In this document: piece by piece, positions 47,691-60,470 of the stretch | Layout of the letters: every line of letters starts with the position of its first letter | Position numbering within the stretch: position 1 is the first letter of the stretch | DNA from: Octopus sinensis | Taxonomy: Eukaryota | NCBI RefSeq assembly: GCF_006345805.1 | Contig: NC_042999.1 | Span: 148,056,001 to 148,120,000, forward strand | Reading direction: 5' to 3' | DNA length: 64,000 bases | Notes under the pieces: generated by a model | What the model was told of the DNA's origin: nothing | The model's database searches: none | The model's input: the letters and a program-made list of their open reading frames with translations, nothing else | Program-made: the position numbers and the translations under genes

Positions 47691-49674
47691 AAGAAATGAT
47701 CAAAATATTAGTAGTTTTACGAGAAAAAAAAAACGGTTAAATAGTAAAATCATAAAGTCTATTTAAATCATGTATTCTTAAGCAAAATATGACAATATCC
47801 GTAACGTCTTCTATTGAAGACGTAGACAGACATTGTAACAGTCATTAAAGTTTGTGTTAAAACATCTAACGTAATAAGTAACATTAACTGCTATATTTAA
47901 AGCAATCTATCCTCATCAAATATGCAAGAGTGAAAATTAACAATTGCAAAGAACATCTAGATTTTCAAGAATATATTGACTAATATGAATGTCATACACT
48001 GCAAAACCCCATTCGCGTAGATCTGAAATAGTCTACATTTTACATGAAAAATAATTCTATTTGTAAGATTTTATATATTTCTTTTTCTATTTAGAAACTT
48101 TCATTCTCTGTCTTTGTTTAAAATAATATAGAATCGTTAGTAAAAAATATTTCCTCATAAATAGAGTTCCTATTTCATTTCTTCAGTAACTTTTCATCAT
48201 ATCAAATATTATTAATATTTTGGTAATTAATATGAAAGATAATGCATAATACTCATATTCATATGTAAATTTTACTTGTTTGAGACTTAAACGATCTGAC
48301 GTTAGGACTCAAATGATGAACTCTTTGATTGGACATAACTGGCTCCTGTATATGGGTATATGAGTACATGGCTCAATGGCTCAGAAGTTTATTTCTCAAG
48401 CACAAAGTCCTGGAGTCAATCCCACTTTATTAGCATTTAGAGTAAGTCTCTTCAATGTTTTGAGTTGCTCCAAGTTATGTAAGTGAAATTAGTAAATGGA
48501 AACGTGTGTAATAGACTGCACTCGTAATCTGAGTGCCCAGGTTCCTCACAATGGGTCATATTGAAACTGTCTGTCTGACAACTGTGGCAAGTCTCAACTG
48601 TCTGAGGAATGTTCAACAACTTAAAGCAAAATTCATTGAGCAGGTAGCTACATTGATCAGACTGCAGGAATTCTCATTTTCAAAAACTGAAATTATGTCC
48701 ATATAGTAATCTTTCTAAGGAAGACTTGTAAATTTATTGTAAAAAAAGATTCTTAACATTAAGTTGCAATTACAAATGTGGAACATGCATGTTGTGACAA
48801 ATGACCTAGGATTTTACGAACTTAATGATTCACATATTATAGCTTGTTCCCCTCGTTAAAGCATTTAAATTTCAAATGAGTCTGTTCATATAGATAAAAC
48901 AAAACCGAAACAACTTGCAACTAGAAGCAGTAGTAACACTATAATATAGACAAATATTCATGTCAAGTAAGTAGTTATAGCGATAGAGTAAACGTAGATA
49001 TTGCAATTTTGTGGTTAAACGCAAAAACGAGAATGTTAATTCCATTGATCGGTTTGGGTATATATGCAAACTTCTTTGCTCACTTACTAATTAATGTCAT
49101 GAAGACGACATTAATAGATTACAATCAAAGTTAGATACTTACTAACGATAACACAGCTTACACTGGTTAAATTACATTTTGTTGATTGAAAACTAGGTAG
49201 AGATAGAAGAAATTCATAGAATATAAAATTATAATGTTACTACAATATTCCATCAATTTTCTTCTTACTAATGTAGCGAAAATACAAAAAAAGTAACTGA
49301 AAGTGTATATCGTAAATCTATTCATAATATTAGAAATATTTATGGAATAATTGAAATGTATGAAAATATTATCTAGCAATTATTACATCATTGATTATTT
49401 GGTTATAAATTCTAGCCTTACCTCAACCATCGTACCATAACTGATTTTGTCTGAATTTGCTTGACTAACTACAGAAAACATTATTATTTAGTGTCTGATA
49501 TAGATGCCACTTACGTAAAATAAGTGACATCAACATTAGAAGCTAACCTCTTAAGACCGAAATAACTGAAGCAAGAAAAATTTCCCTACAAATGTAAATA
49601 TAATAAATGTTTACAAAATATCTTACAAATAAAAATGTTATATAAATTTGGAGTAAATATATCTTGAATCTTAC

Positions 49675-50064
49675 TTTTACAGGTTTCATTATTGACGGCA
49701 ATGTCATCCAGGGAAACCAGTGTGTAATAGTATGAATTGGGGTTTGGTGTCACCTCAAACTGCAGTGATAAACTATCTGAAGATGGCAAATCTACACAAG
49801 CAGTTTTGAATTCTGTATGTTCCTCCCCATATGAAGACCAAAGTTTCTTTGTTGAATATGATGATGATGATGATGCGTTTGATTTGGTTGATCTATTCGA
49901 TGAAGAATAACGCGCTAATAGTGCAAAAACTTTCACTTTATCTGTCAGTTTGTATTTGAAGCTAACACTTGTACCATTGATCACAGATGCATACGGGGAG
50001 GACAGCTGAAATGTAGAGCTTTCACTACTTGTTCTTGAATAAATCTTTAAGAAGCCATTTGTAT
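49675..50064 (-). CDS. Host gene exon C: C-terminal part of MAM domain 2 with a Ser-rich insert
   Basis: Acceptor tattttacag|AT, donor AAAA|gtaaga; 390 nt, phase 1-1. Translates TNGFLKIY...LSSPY...SVSFKYKL...KKLWSSYGEEHTEFKTACVDLP...LQFEV...VSLDDIAVNNETCK. Confidence 0.92.
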
Positions 50065-50856
50065 CTGTAAAATAAAGAAAAAGAAAAATACATTTAAATT
50101 GATGAGTGGACAAAAATGAAAATATTAGAACAGTGAGCAATTAAATCAATGAAAACTCAGTAAACAAGAATCCAGTACGCATTTTCAGTTTCTTATTGTG
50201 AATGGAGAAAACTAAGCACTCGAGAGCATTTGGCTAGTGGTCTACCATTTTACCTCTTTGCAAATAATGAAATCTTAATTGTGGTAGAAAAGGCAAACCA
50301 TCAGAACAGATGAAAGATGGATTTTATCACTGTTGGAAGTCAAATTTTCATACAGGTGATAAAAGATTTAGCTGAAGAATTCTATACATGCGCGGGAGCA
50401 AAATGGCTCGGAGTTTAACGTACTGAGCCATTGCGTTGGTAAAGATAAGATGTGAGTGCATCTGTACAATCATTTGAGTCAACAAATAAACCAACTTACT
50501 TTGGAAAGCATGAGAAATTTTTCATATAAAATAGAATTTCAAGCGAAGAGAAAAGTTATCATAAAGGTAATAAGAAACTCATAAAAAATACTTTAATATT
50601 TAGGAAAACCTGAGATCCACATACATATTGCATGAAGGATACTAAAGCAAGCACAAATAAAAGCTAGCAATTATTATTTCTTACATCGACACAAAACTAC
50701 AACTTTTCGTGAGAGGTGGCAGCCGATCGTTCTATTACCGTACTTTGCATGCTTTGAATATTTTTTCTTCATGTTTTTACTAATATTTCTGCATCGCAAA
50801 ACAGCCCATACTTTGCCTCTGGTTTTCTTAAGTAATCAAAAGAACGCATTTCTTAC

Positions 50857-50895
50857 GACTATTTAAATACTGTCCGATGGTCTGTGATGTGAATC
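50857..50895 (-). CDS. Possible 39-nt cassette mini-exon (GFTSQTIGQYLNSH) between exons B and C
   Basis: gacttcag|GA...AGTC|gtaaga; phase 1-1, no stop. No independent homology support. Confidence 0.25.
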
Positions 50896-51039
50896 CTGAA
50901 GTCACCAAATATGAATTATTGCATTCCTCGAATATTAAACACACACATCATTTTCATTCACTCTCTCTCTCTCTTTCACACACACACACACACACACATA
51001 CGTACGTATATACATACATACATACATACACACACACAT

Positions 51040-51089
<50 letters not shown>

Positions 51090-51179
51090 AGGGTAGAAAT
51101 TGATATTAATCAATTAAAACCAGTGGCTTAGCATATTTTAAAAATCCGAAGATTAAAAATTGTGTTACATACAAAATTT

Positions 51180-51731
51180 AGAGGAATGACCACTAAAGTG
51201 GACAACCTAAGCATAGACATCAAATCGTCATTACCATGAAGAATGTGTTCTTAAGAAAATCTCAGCAAAAAAAAATATTAAAATAAGTAAGACAAATGAA
51301 AATATACGAATAAAAAACAATTACCTATGTACCATTGGTTTCACTTGTTAATATTGACGTATATGAACACGCAAATAGCTGCAAGATCATCAGCAAAGTT
51401 AAGGCATTTGAAAGATACACCCAAATATAATTTGTAGAACTTTATACATACTCGATTTCGGTTGAGCGTTCTGGATCTAGTTCTGGAAATTATGTTTTGT
51501 AAACGACAGACTATGCTGATGATCTTGCAGATATTTGCGTGTTCATATACGTAAATATTAACAAGTGAAACCAATGGTACATAGGTAATCGATTTTTATT
51601 TCATATATTTTCATTTGCCTTGCATTTTGGTTTTTTGCTGAGATTTTTCTTGAGAATACATTTTTTGTGGTGATGACAATTTGACGTCTATGTTTAGCAT
51701 AAAGGTTGTCCACTTTAGTGGTCATTCCTCT
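51180..51731. repeat. Long fold-back: ~220-bp inverted arms with a ~110-bp spacer
   Basis: 51180-51400 is approximately the reverse complement of 51509-51731 (GAGGAATGACCACTAAAGTGGACAACC ... CTGCAAGATCATCAGCA). Confidence 0.9.
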
Positions 51732-51895
51732 TTTACTTTATTCGAGCAAATCGACCCCAGGACTTATTCTTTGTAAGCCTAGTACTTATTCTATCGGTCT
51801 CTTTTACCGAACCGCTAAGTTACGGGGATGTAAACACACCAGCATCAGTTTTCAAGCGATGTTGGGGGGCAGACACAGATACACAAAGATATATA
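51732..51895 (-). mobile_element. SINE fragment (family of 40921-41336)
   Basis: GACTTATTCTTTGTAAGCCTAGTACTTATTCTATCGGTCTCTTTT.CCGAACCGCTAAGT is shared. Confidence 0.88.
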
Positions 51896-51901
51896 CACAC
51901 A

Positions 51902-52013
<112 letters not shown>

Positions 52014-52358
52014 CAAACAAGGAAACTAGTCCGTTAGAAAATCTCTGTTCGAGATACTAGTATTATACGAACCCAAAAATATTGCTTATGGCCACTTTAA
52101 TGCAGCTGTCTTCTAACAGACCCGGGAAGATATCTCCTCCAGCTGGTTTATTCAGTGAGCTTCCTACACTCGATATTTATTGCAAGCGGAAGATAACTCA
52201 TGCCACTGTAGCTTTACAAAGTTACTGTGCGAGTCTTCAGTCATCTTTAGTATGGCTGGAAGAGCCTAGTCACTCCGACCGACATTCTTGATATATAAGA
52301 CTCTTCCTTTGTCATCTGCACACTATTTACTGGTTATATATATATATATATATATATA

Positions 52359-55316
52359 TTCTTGGAAGAATTAGCAACAGAAAACAACTCCAAAATAATT
52401 GGAATTACTGAAAGTCATCTCAACGAAAACATCCGCAACAGCGAAATCACAATCAATAGAATCAACATCTTCAGATGTGATAGACAAGGCAGATCCCATG
52501 GGGGCGTTATCATGTATATCCATGATACCTATGCATGCATAGAACTTGTCAATGAATCAAATGCCTACTGCAACCTGCTGTGCATAAAAATCATCCAACT
52601 TAATACAGTTGTAACAATAATGTACAGACCGCCAAACAGCCCAACATTATCCTTCACTGAGCCACTGACGAAGCTCCAACAAATTCTGGGAAACATGGCA
52701 AGTCCAATGCCAGACATTATCCTCCTTGGTGACTTCAACTTCCCTAACATCATCTGGCCACATGGACACATACTAAAACTGGGGACAAAAGCTGAACAAA
52801 TACAGGCAGCCAAACTGTTGGAAGTCACAAAGAAATTATACCTCAAACAAATGATGACAGAAGCAACAAGAAATAATAATACGATCGACTTGGTTTTCAC
52901 CAACAACGAGGACACGCTATTTGACCTTCACTCAACCCCAACAATCCTTTCAGACCACAATATTATTGAAATACATTTACACATTGGTAATGAGCCCAAT
53001 GCCACAACTCTTAAACAAAAGGACATGCCAAAGCTATGCAGGTATGATTATCACCAGGCAAATTGGGAAACTATTAACAACCAGTTACAAATCATTGACT
53101 GGGATCTCTACCTTACTGGGCCAGATAAACACAAGAAATTCTTAAACAAGATCGAAGAAATATGTGAAAAAAATGTTCCTCTAAAGAAAACCAAGTCCAC
53201 AAAAAAACCTGTACCACGGGAGCGAAAGATCCTGATGCGCAAAAGGTCAAGACTAAGAAACAAAACATCTAAGCTGACATCAAAACATGAATTACAGAAA
53301 GTCCTTGACCAAATATACAGATTAGAAGACAATCTAAAACAACACTATGATGAAGAACGTAACAATGCAGAAAAGAGAGCCATAGAAAACATCAAGAAAA
53401 ATCCAAAATGTTTCTACAGTTTTGCAAAGAAATACTGGAACACCAAGTCAACAATAGGACCTCTCCAGAGACAAAATGGGGATGTAGTGAATAACCCTAT
53501 TGAAATGGCAGAAATGTTGGGTCAACAGTATGAAAGTGTCTTCAGTGAGCCATCTAAAACCATGAAGATCCATGACCCAGGAAAATTCGACCATACTAAA
53601 CCTACCCTATCCGACATTGATTTCAACCCAGAAGACATAGCAAGAGCCATAGACAAGCTCTCCATGCACTCGGCTGCGGGGCCTGACGGTTTCAATGCCA
53701 TGATACTTAAAAACTGCAAGGTACAATTGTCGAAACCCCTTTACATGATATGGAGGGAATCTATGGAGAATGGAAAAATTCCAAATACATATAAAGAAGC
53801 ACACATAACTCCAATACATAAAGGGGACAGCAAATCAAAACCAAAGAACTACCGACCAATCTCACTGACATCACACATTATCAAGGTCTTCGAAAGAATA
53901 GTTCGTGGAAAACTGGTTGAGTTCCTGGAATCCAACAATCTGATGAATTGCAACCAGCATGGATTCAGGTTAGGTAGATCATGCCTTTCCCAACTACTGG
54001 CACACCATGACCAAATCCTAGAAAATCTAGAGAATGGATACAACACAGATGTTATCTACCTCGACTTTGCCAAGGCATTTGACAAGGTAGATCATGGCAT
54101 CCTGGGTCACAAACTTCGAAAGCTAGGAGTAGGAGGAAAAGTTGGTACATGGATACATGAGTTCCTTACAAATAAAACTCAAACAGTCACTGTGAATGGA
54201 ACCCATTCAACACCATCACCTGTGACCAGCAGTGTTCCTCAGGGTACAGTACTCGGCCCAATCCTGTTTCTCATCCTCATCTCTGACATAGATGAAGATA
54301 CAACCAGCAACGTCTCATCCTTTGCTGATGACACCAGGGTCATGAGACAAATCAAAGACAAGGTGGATACAGAGGCCTTACAAAAGGACCTGACCACCAT
54401 ATATAAATGGCAGGAAACAAACAACATGCTGTTCAATGATAAGAAGTTTGAACTAATTCGCTACGGAACAGATCAAGATCTGAAAAATACAACAACTACA
54501 GAAACCCATCAGGACAACAAATAATGGAAAAACAGTATGTGAAAGATTTAGGCATCCACATGGGAACCAACCTAAAATTCAGAGAACACCTTGACTCAGT
54601 CTGTCTTACTGCAAGAAAGTACAGCGGGTAGATCTTGCGCACCTTCAAATCAAGAGATACCTCAACAATGAAAACCCTCTGGAACAGTATGATACTTCCG
54701 AGGATTGACTACTGTTCTCAGTTGTGGTCACCAACAACAAAGGGCCAACTATCTAAGATAGAATCGCTCCAAAGAAATTTTACCTCATACTTCTCAGAAA
54801 CGAGGGACCTGGACTATTGGCAAAGACTCAAAACCTTGAGGATGTACTCAATAGAAAGAAGATTTGAGCGATACCGAATTATATACATTTGGAAAATGAT
54901 AGAGCAGAAGGTGCCAAACTTTGGTATCAAAACCTACCACTCACTGCGCCACGGAAGACGCTGCCAGCTGCCACCAATCAACAAAAAGGCTGGCCAGGCA
55001 GCAAAACCCTGCGAGAATCAAGTCTGTTGGTTCGAGGAGCACAACTGTTCAACTCCATTCCGATACATGTCAGAAATCTATCAGGATGCAGTGTGGAATC
55101 ATTCAAATTGCAACTGGATAGATACTTAAGCACCATTAGAGATGAACCCCATCTCCCAGGATATACACAACGAGCACAAACTGACTCAAACTCGCTCCTA
55201 CACATGTCAAAATTAAGCAGAGAATACAACCTGGCAACCACACCAGACTCTGAGGGTGGAGTCTTCGACTTGGCCTGAGCATGGACTCAAACCCAGATGA
55301 AATGAAATGAAATGAA

Positions 55317-55318
<2 letters not shown>
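52359..55318 (+). mobile_element. CR1-like LINE ORF2 (APE + RT), nearly intact, lacking ORF1
   Basis: 720-aa ORF: GITESHL, YRPP, LGDFNFP, SDH, AGPDG, NYRPISLTS, YLDFAKAFDKVDH, VPQGTVLGP, FADDT. Frameshift near 54495, TAG at 54629, second frameshift near 55000; (ATGAA)4 tail. Confidence 0.95.
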
Positions 55319-55354
<36 letters not shown>

Positions 55355-55480
55355 GTGTGTGCGCGTGTGTGTGTGCGCGTGTGTGTGTGTGTATATAGTA
55401 TATAACCTTTTCTCTGTATAAAGTTTTCCCTGTATGTGTGTGTGTGTGTGTGTGTCTCTCTCTCTTTCCCTATCTCTGTA
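55319..55480. repeat. (GT)n/(CT)n microsatellites
   Basis: Direct inspection. Confidence 0.95.
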
Positions 55481-55572
55481 TGTGTGTGTATGTATATGCT
55501 TGTATTTATACTTACATATATGTTTGAATGTAGCTATATTGAAATTTGAATAATAAAGAAAGCAAAATTTAC

Positions 55573-55671
55573 CACTTGAATTTGTATATTCTTTCTCTAT
55601 GATCCATCTAAATCCATAACTATATATTTTGTATTTGCAAAGTTGTTCTTGGAAATCGCAGTCAAATGACC
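55573..55671 (-). CDS. Host gene exon B: N-terminal part of MAM domain 2
   Basis: Not in the supplied ORF track. Acceptor ttgtttttcag|GG, donor AGTG|gtaaat; 99 nt, phase 1-1. Translates SFDCDFQEQLCKYKIYSYGFRWIIEKEYTNSS (MAM start C-x-F-x-x-x-x-C...W), in frame with exons A and C. Confidence 0.9.
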
Positions 55672-56052
55672 CTGAAAAACAAAAAGCAATGTTTGTGAGA
55701 TCTCAATCTGCATAAATATCTACAGAGGTTCTTTCTACTTGAAAATGCACTATGATCCTATTTCCGAGTCGGTTATATAACGACATTTGTTGCAATATGT
55801 TTTAAAATGTCTATATTTCTATATTTCTGTTTAAAGAAACAACTATTGAATTTCCAGATTGTATGGAAAACAGCTTTTTTATAAATAACAGTGAATATGA
55901 ATTTATAGAATTGCAAGGAAGGCTTTGTTATGGTTTTTAAGTTTCATTTTCTAAAAGATGTAACATCTAAATGGTCATACAGAAATTTAACTTTCTAATA
56001 GAAATAAAATTAAAGTAGTGAATTTAACACAGATTGTACAGAAAGGCTTTTA

Positions 56053-56291
56053 TATTATGTTGGTGCATAATTATTGCGTTTATTTTTTTTTTTCAGTGAA
56101 TTTTATTTAACAAAAACATCTTTAAATGACGGCCTGACCGTCTGCCAAGTAAATGGGAAATAGTAATTGTAATAGATGGTGAATATGCTCCGGAATAATC
56201 ATTTAAAGGTGTTTTGGTTACGTGTTGTTATTGTTTTTGTTGAATAAAATTTGTTGAAAAAAATCCGCAATAATTATGCACCAACCCAATA
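56053..56291. mobile_element. Mariner-derived MITE (~240 bp)
   Basis: 26-bp TIR TATT(AT/GG)GTTGGTGCATAATTATTGCG at both ends. The interior encodes LPSKWEIVIVIDGEYAPE*, which resembles a mariner transposase C-terminus. Confidence 0.85.
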
Positions 56292-58020
56292 GTTTCTCAA
56301 ATATGTGTTTGTACGGCTTTGTCAGGAAGTGTAAATGTTCTCATAACCTTTGTCAATTTTCCGAGATTAGTTAGTTTACACTGATACTTATGTTCTGCTT
56401 GAACAGCCACAAGTCAACCTTTTATACAAAAACTGTTGGAAAGGACAAAATTCCAGAAGGTTTGTTCTCTGGTGAGAAAGAATTAGTGGAAATTAATATT
56501 TTGGCGTTTTGAAGTTAGTAAATACAGTATGGGAGATTGTAGGAGATGTAGCGTATGTATCAACTATACCTGGACGGAAATGATGGGTAACTAATTAATT
56601 CATAGTAACAGAGCCGACCACACTTATGATAGTAGTTTTAAATCCTGAAGTTGCACCATATGATATTTATCATTCTAGGATCAGTAAATATGGACCTGTA
56701 ACATGCTGGATTCAAATTAATTGACATTACTCTTCTTTCTTTACAATGAATGTTATAACAAATATTAATAGAAAAGACACTGTAAGAGTGACGATAGTTG
56801 TAGAATTAGGGCCCTCCTTGTACCTTAGTTTTAACTGTAGGATTAGGGTCCTCGTTGTACCTTAATTTAACTCCTGAGTATGCGAAGAGTATAATCTTCT
56901 CAGCATATAATCATCATTCTTAGGTTGCATGCGTTTTCTTTTTTGTAAAGATAAGGGAGGAAACGTTTTGTTTCTACTCTTTAAATAGATAAAACTTGCA
57001 GTTTGTGATATAATTATTAGCAATTACGATGTCGTTATAAACTGATGCAATTATAAGCAATTTACGTCTAAAGCTAGATATATGTGATTTCCACAATTTA
57101 TTGGATCTTTTGTGCTCCACTTAAGGACTTGAATTTATATGGAGCGTATTTAAGGCATCGCCATCTTATGAAATGTACACCTGTAAGTATAAAAGAATTT
57201 CAACTGTGTACCCTAAATGAGAAATCTTCCCCACCTTTAGTTATGTCAATGGGTAAATGTAAAATGAAAGTTGGCACTAAAGTCAAATCTAATATTTGTC
57301 TCCTACATAAGAATCCTCAACATTACATCAGTGACAAATACTATCCATGGGACATATTTACAACTAAGTAGAATGGGATTTTGTAAGAGTTAAGGACCTT
57401 AGCTTTGATAATAGCATAAAGTCTGCAAATCTAATGCTACTGATTCAACTACCAACCACTAAGACAAAATGTGAAAAGTTGTGTATTTTATTGCTAAAAT
57501 GTATATTGGGTGGTATCATTGTAAAATGTTTACTCAATAAAGACTAAGTACAATAATCTTAAACCACTTACACTACAAATTGATTCCAAAATATAAACTG
57601 TTATTTAGATTGGCTTTGACATCAGTGCCTTAAATTCTAATATAAGACTTCAGTCTTCTAACCGACTTCGCTATAATTCTGACGCAATATCTAGTTATCT
57701 CTATACGTAGGCTAAACACCTGTATAGATATAGTGGAGGTTTAATTCATGCAGTAGCAGTCGTATACACACCAGATATAATATATTCATCTCCAGAAAGG
57801 AGGCCAGTATTTTGCAAAAATAAAGGGTGTGTTTTACAAATTACAAAAATACATATATTAAAAATTAATCATTGGTGACGGAAGTAGTATTAATAACAAA
57901 GGTAAACTTTTTCTATCCAACTTAATGTAAACACCTTGTATAGAACACTGAATACTGCGTTATTAGCCTTGTGAGATCCTTTACTTAATCGTATGATACA
58001 TAACAACACAAGCATATGTC

Positions 58021-58170
58021 GTAGCAGACGAGGATCGTCTGTTATGGGCACTGAGTGGTTTCAGTCTACTAGGTTCCACCAGTAGGTGTCCGGTAACCTC
58101 ATGTCAGCCAAATCTCGCTGCCACGATATATAGAATATCAGGATGTTTTGAGATACAGATGTCGCAAATA

Positions 58171-58220
<50 letters not shown>

Positions 58221-58778
58221 GGAAGCGAGATTTGGCTGATATGTGGTCACCTAACGAGATCTAGAGACTGAATCCAAGTGATATCGAAATTCCGAGACCC
58301 AAAACTAACGATTCTAGATACTTAAGATGTATTTCTATGCTTTTTACGCCTCCTTGAGAAGATCCTCCAAAGTTATCAACGCAATATTCAGCGTTCAAAC
58401 AAGACATCCACGTTAAGTTAGATATAAGGATTGCCTTTTGGTATTAGTGTTGATTCCGTCACTAAAAATTGATTTTTAATAAGCTTGAGGCTATTTCCGA
58501 CATGAGTCTAAAAGGATGTTGATATTCCATATACCGTGGTGGCGAAGTTAGGCTGATATGCCGTTACCAAGTGCCTCATATTGATGAGATCTAGTAGACT
58601 GAAATTACGCTATATGAGAGTTCCAGCGCCCATAAAACATGATTCTCGTCTGCTAAGATTTATGATTGTGCGGTTATGCACAATGCGCCTGCTTGAGAAA
58701 ATCTCTCAGAGCAAATAACACACTATTAGGGATTCTAACTAGACATTCACGTTAAGTTGGATATAAAGATTGCTTTTA
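58021..58778. repeat. Three-copy local repeat: one inverted copy plus two tandem copies around a (TA)n tract
   Basis: 58021-58127 is the reverse complement of parts of 58217-58440 and 58530-58778 (GCGAGATTTGGCTGA, CTAGTAGACTGAAA, CACGTTAAGTT.GATATAA.GATTGC). Confidence 0.8.
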
Positions 58779-59439
58779 CAGATTTTTTTAACTGAATTTT
58801 TTGATGGAGACAAGAAAATGTAACTTGTTTGAAGTAATTTTAGCTTCACAAAGCCTTATTTTCTGAAATAACATGCTAGAAATGAACAGCAACAACATCA
58901 AGGTTTGAAAAGTAAAGTTTTGGTTTTTGCTGAAGTGATTAGCAGTTCTATCAAAAGATATAATATATATGTACAGCTGTTGATAAGTTTTAGCAAAGTT
59001 CGAAAGAGTTACTTGAAAATAAATTAATCTTGGACTTTTATAATGACCTCCTAATGCCCTGTTCCATGATTATTGATCTAAATTGTCAGTAATGAAAGGT
59101 AATTAAGAATTTTAGTAAAGATATTTTTATATATTATCTACATATTCTTCCTATCCGTGTAAAATCATTAGCTTTCGGAGACATAAACCTAATGATGAAT
59201 GGTGTGCAATTAACTACAAAAATTTCAGTTTATTTAGATGTCATATTCCATCGAGTTTAGTACGATTTTTTCTATAGCTACAAAGACTAAATTAAATATT
59301 TAAGCGAATACATTGCTGTTTCAGTGATACTAACCATGGTAATAACTTTCACTGTAATTGCTTTCGTTAATGTTAAACAAATCTCAAAACTTCAGATATC
59401 TTATTTTACTTGTACAAAAAACAAATATTTAAATATTAC

Positions 59440-59772
59440 CTCCGCAGCCCTTGCTTTCGATTGAGATTCTGTCTACTGCCATGTCACCGCTATATGAGGA
59501 TCCCCTTGTACCAATAAATGAGATTATACTTATGTCGCCGGAAATAAATACACATTCTTTGTGCCAGTATAATCCTTGATTTCCTTCTTTTTTCCATACA
59601 TCTTCATACATAGAATTTTTATAAATAAATCTGACGACTAGATTACCAACAGTATTTCCAAACATATTGTAAGCAAACACCAGAAATTTGTCTTTAACAT
59701 TAGAAACTTCAAAGTTCAACAGTGTAGTATCGTTAGGTGACCCATACGATGCTTCTGCATATAGGTAGAATC
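59440..59772 (-). CDS. Host gene exon A: C-terminal part of MAM domain 1 (MAM/LDLa-domain protein)
   Basis: Acceptor ttttttacag|GA, donor GGAG|gtaata; 333 nt, phase 1-1. Translates GFYLYAEASYG...FAYNMFGNTVGNLVV...GNQGLYWHKECV...GTRGSSYSGDMAVDRISIESKGCG, the typical MAM YxY...G..W...GDxAxDxI..C pattern. Confidence 0.93.
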
Positions 59773-59904
59773 CTGTAAAAAAGTAGAATAATTTATTTGT
59801 AATTAAGAAAATATGATAGAAAATTACTTAGTGGGCAAAAAGCTCAAGAATTGGAAAAACCTTAAGTCTATATTAAATCAAAAGTCCATTACCAAGTCAA
59901 TGAA

Positions 59905-60470
59905 ATCCTTCAGGAGATAATTACCGAGAAAACCGCGGAGGAGATTAGTATTGCTGTTAAAAAACTTTCCAATTTTAACGCTCCTGGACAAATCGATATT
60001 CCCATAGAAATGTACAAGCATTGGTAGACAACTTATAAGACAGCTGTGTAAATTTCTTTGTTTGATCTGGGAAACTGGATCTGTTACCTATCAGTCCAAA
60101 GAGGCATTTGTATAAAAAAAAAAGAAGGGGAAGAAAAGTGTATGCAATAATCACAGGAGAATAAGTTTATTGTGAATAGCTGGAAGACTTCTTGTGAGGG
60201 TGATTCTTAAACGCATCAGTAAACATGTAACAAACATCATATATCCCGAATCTCAACGTGGGCTTCGAGCTGGAAGAGGCACAGTCCACGCGATATTTGC
60301 CCTCCGGCAAGTTCAAGAAAGAAGCAAGTGAACAGAATATTAACTTGAACAAGGAATGATGGCAACAGTGATATCTAGCAGTCAATGTTCAGAGACATTT
60401 TCTGTTGCCACTGGAACCAAACGGTGATAAGTTTTAGCGCCTGTAGTTTTCCATATTGTATTCAATGATG
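59905..60470 (+). mobile_element. RTE LINE RT fragment, degenerate and internally deleted
   Basis: EEISIAVKKL..FNAPG..IPIE, NHRRISLL, PESQRGLRAGRGTVHAIFALRQVQE, FSVATGTK..VLAP. Confidence 0.82.

Noticed and set aside
50402-50432. AATGGCTC...GAGCCATT 8-bp hairpin
   Set aside because: Too short to exceed chance expectation in 64 kb; no conserved context.
57090-57190. Minus-strand acceptor followed by a CTF-like MAM start
   Set aside because: A stop occurs within 10 codons in that frame, and the phase-1 frame reaches a stop without a convincing donor.
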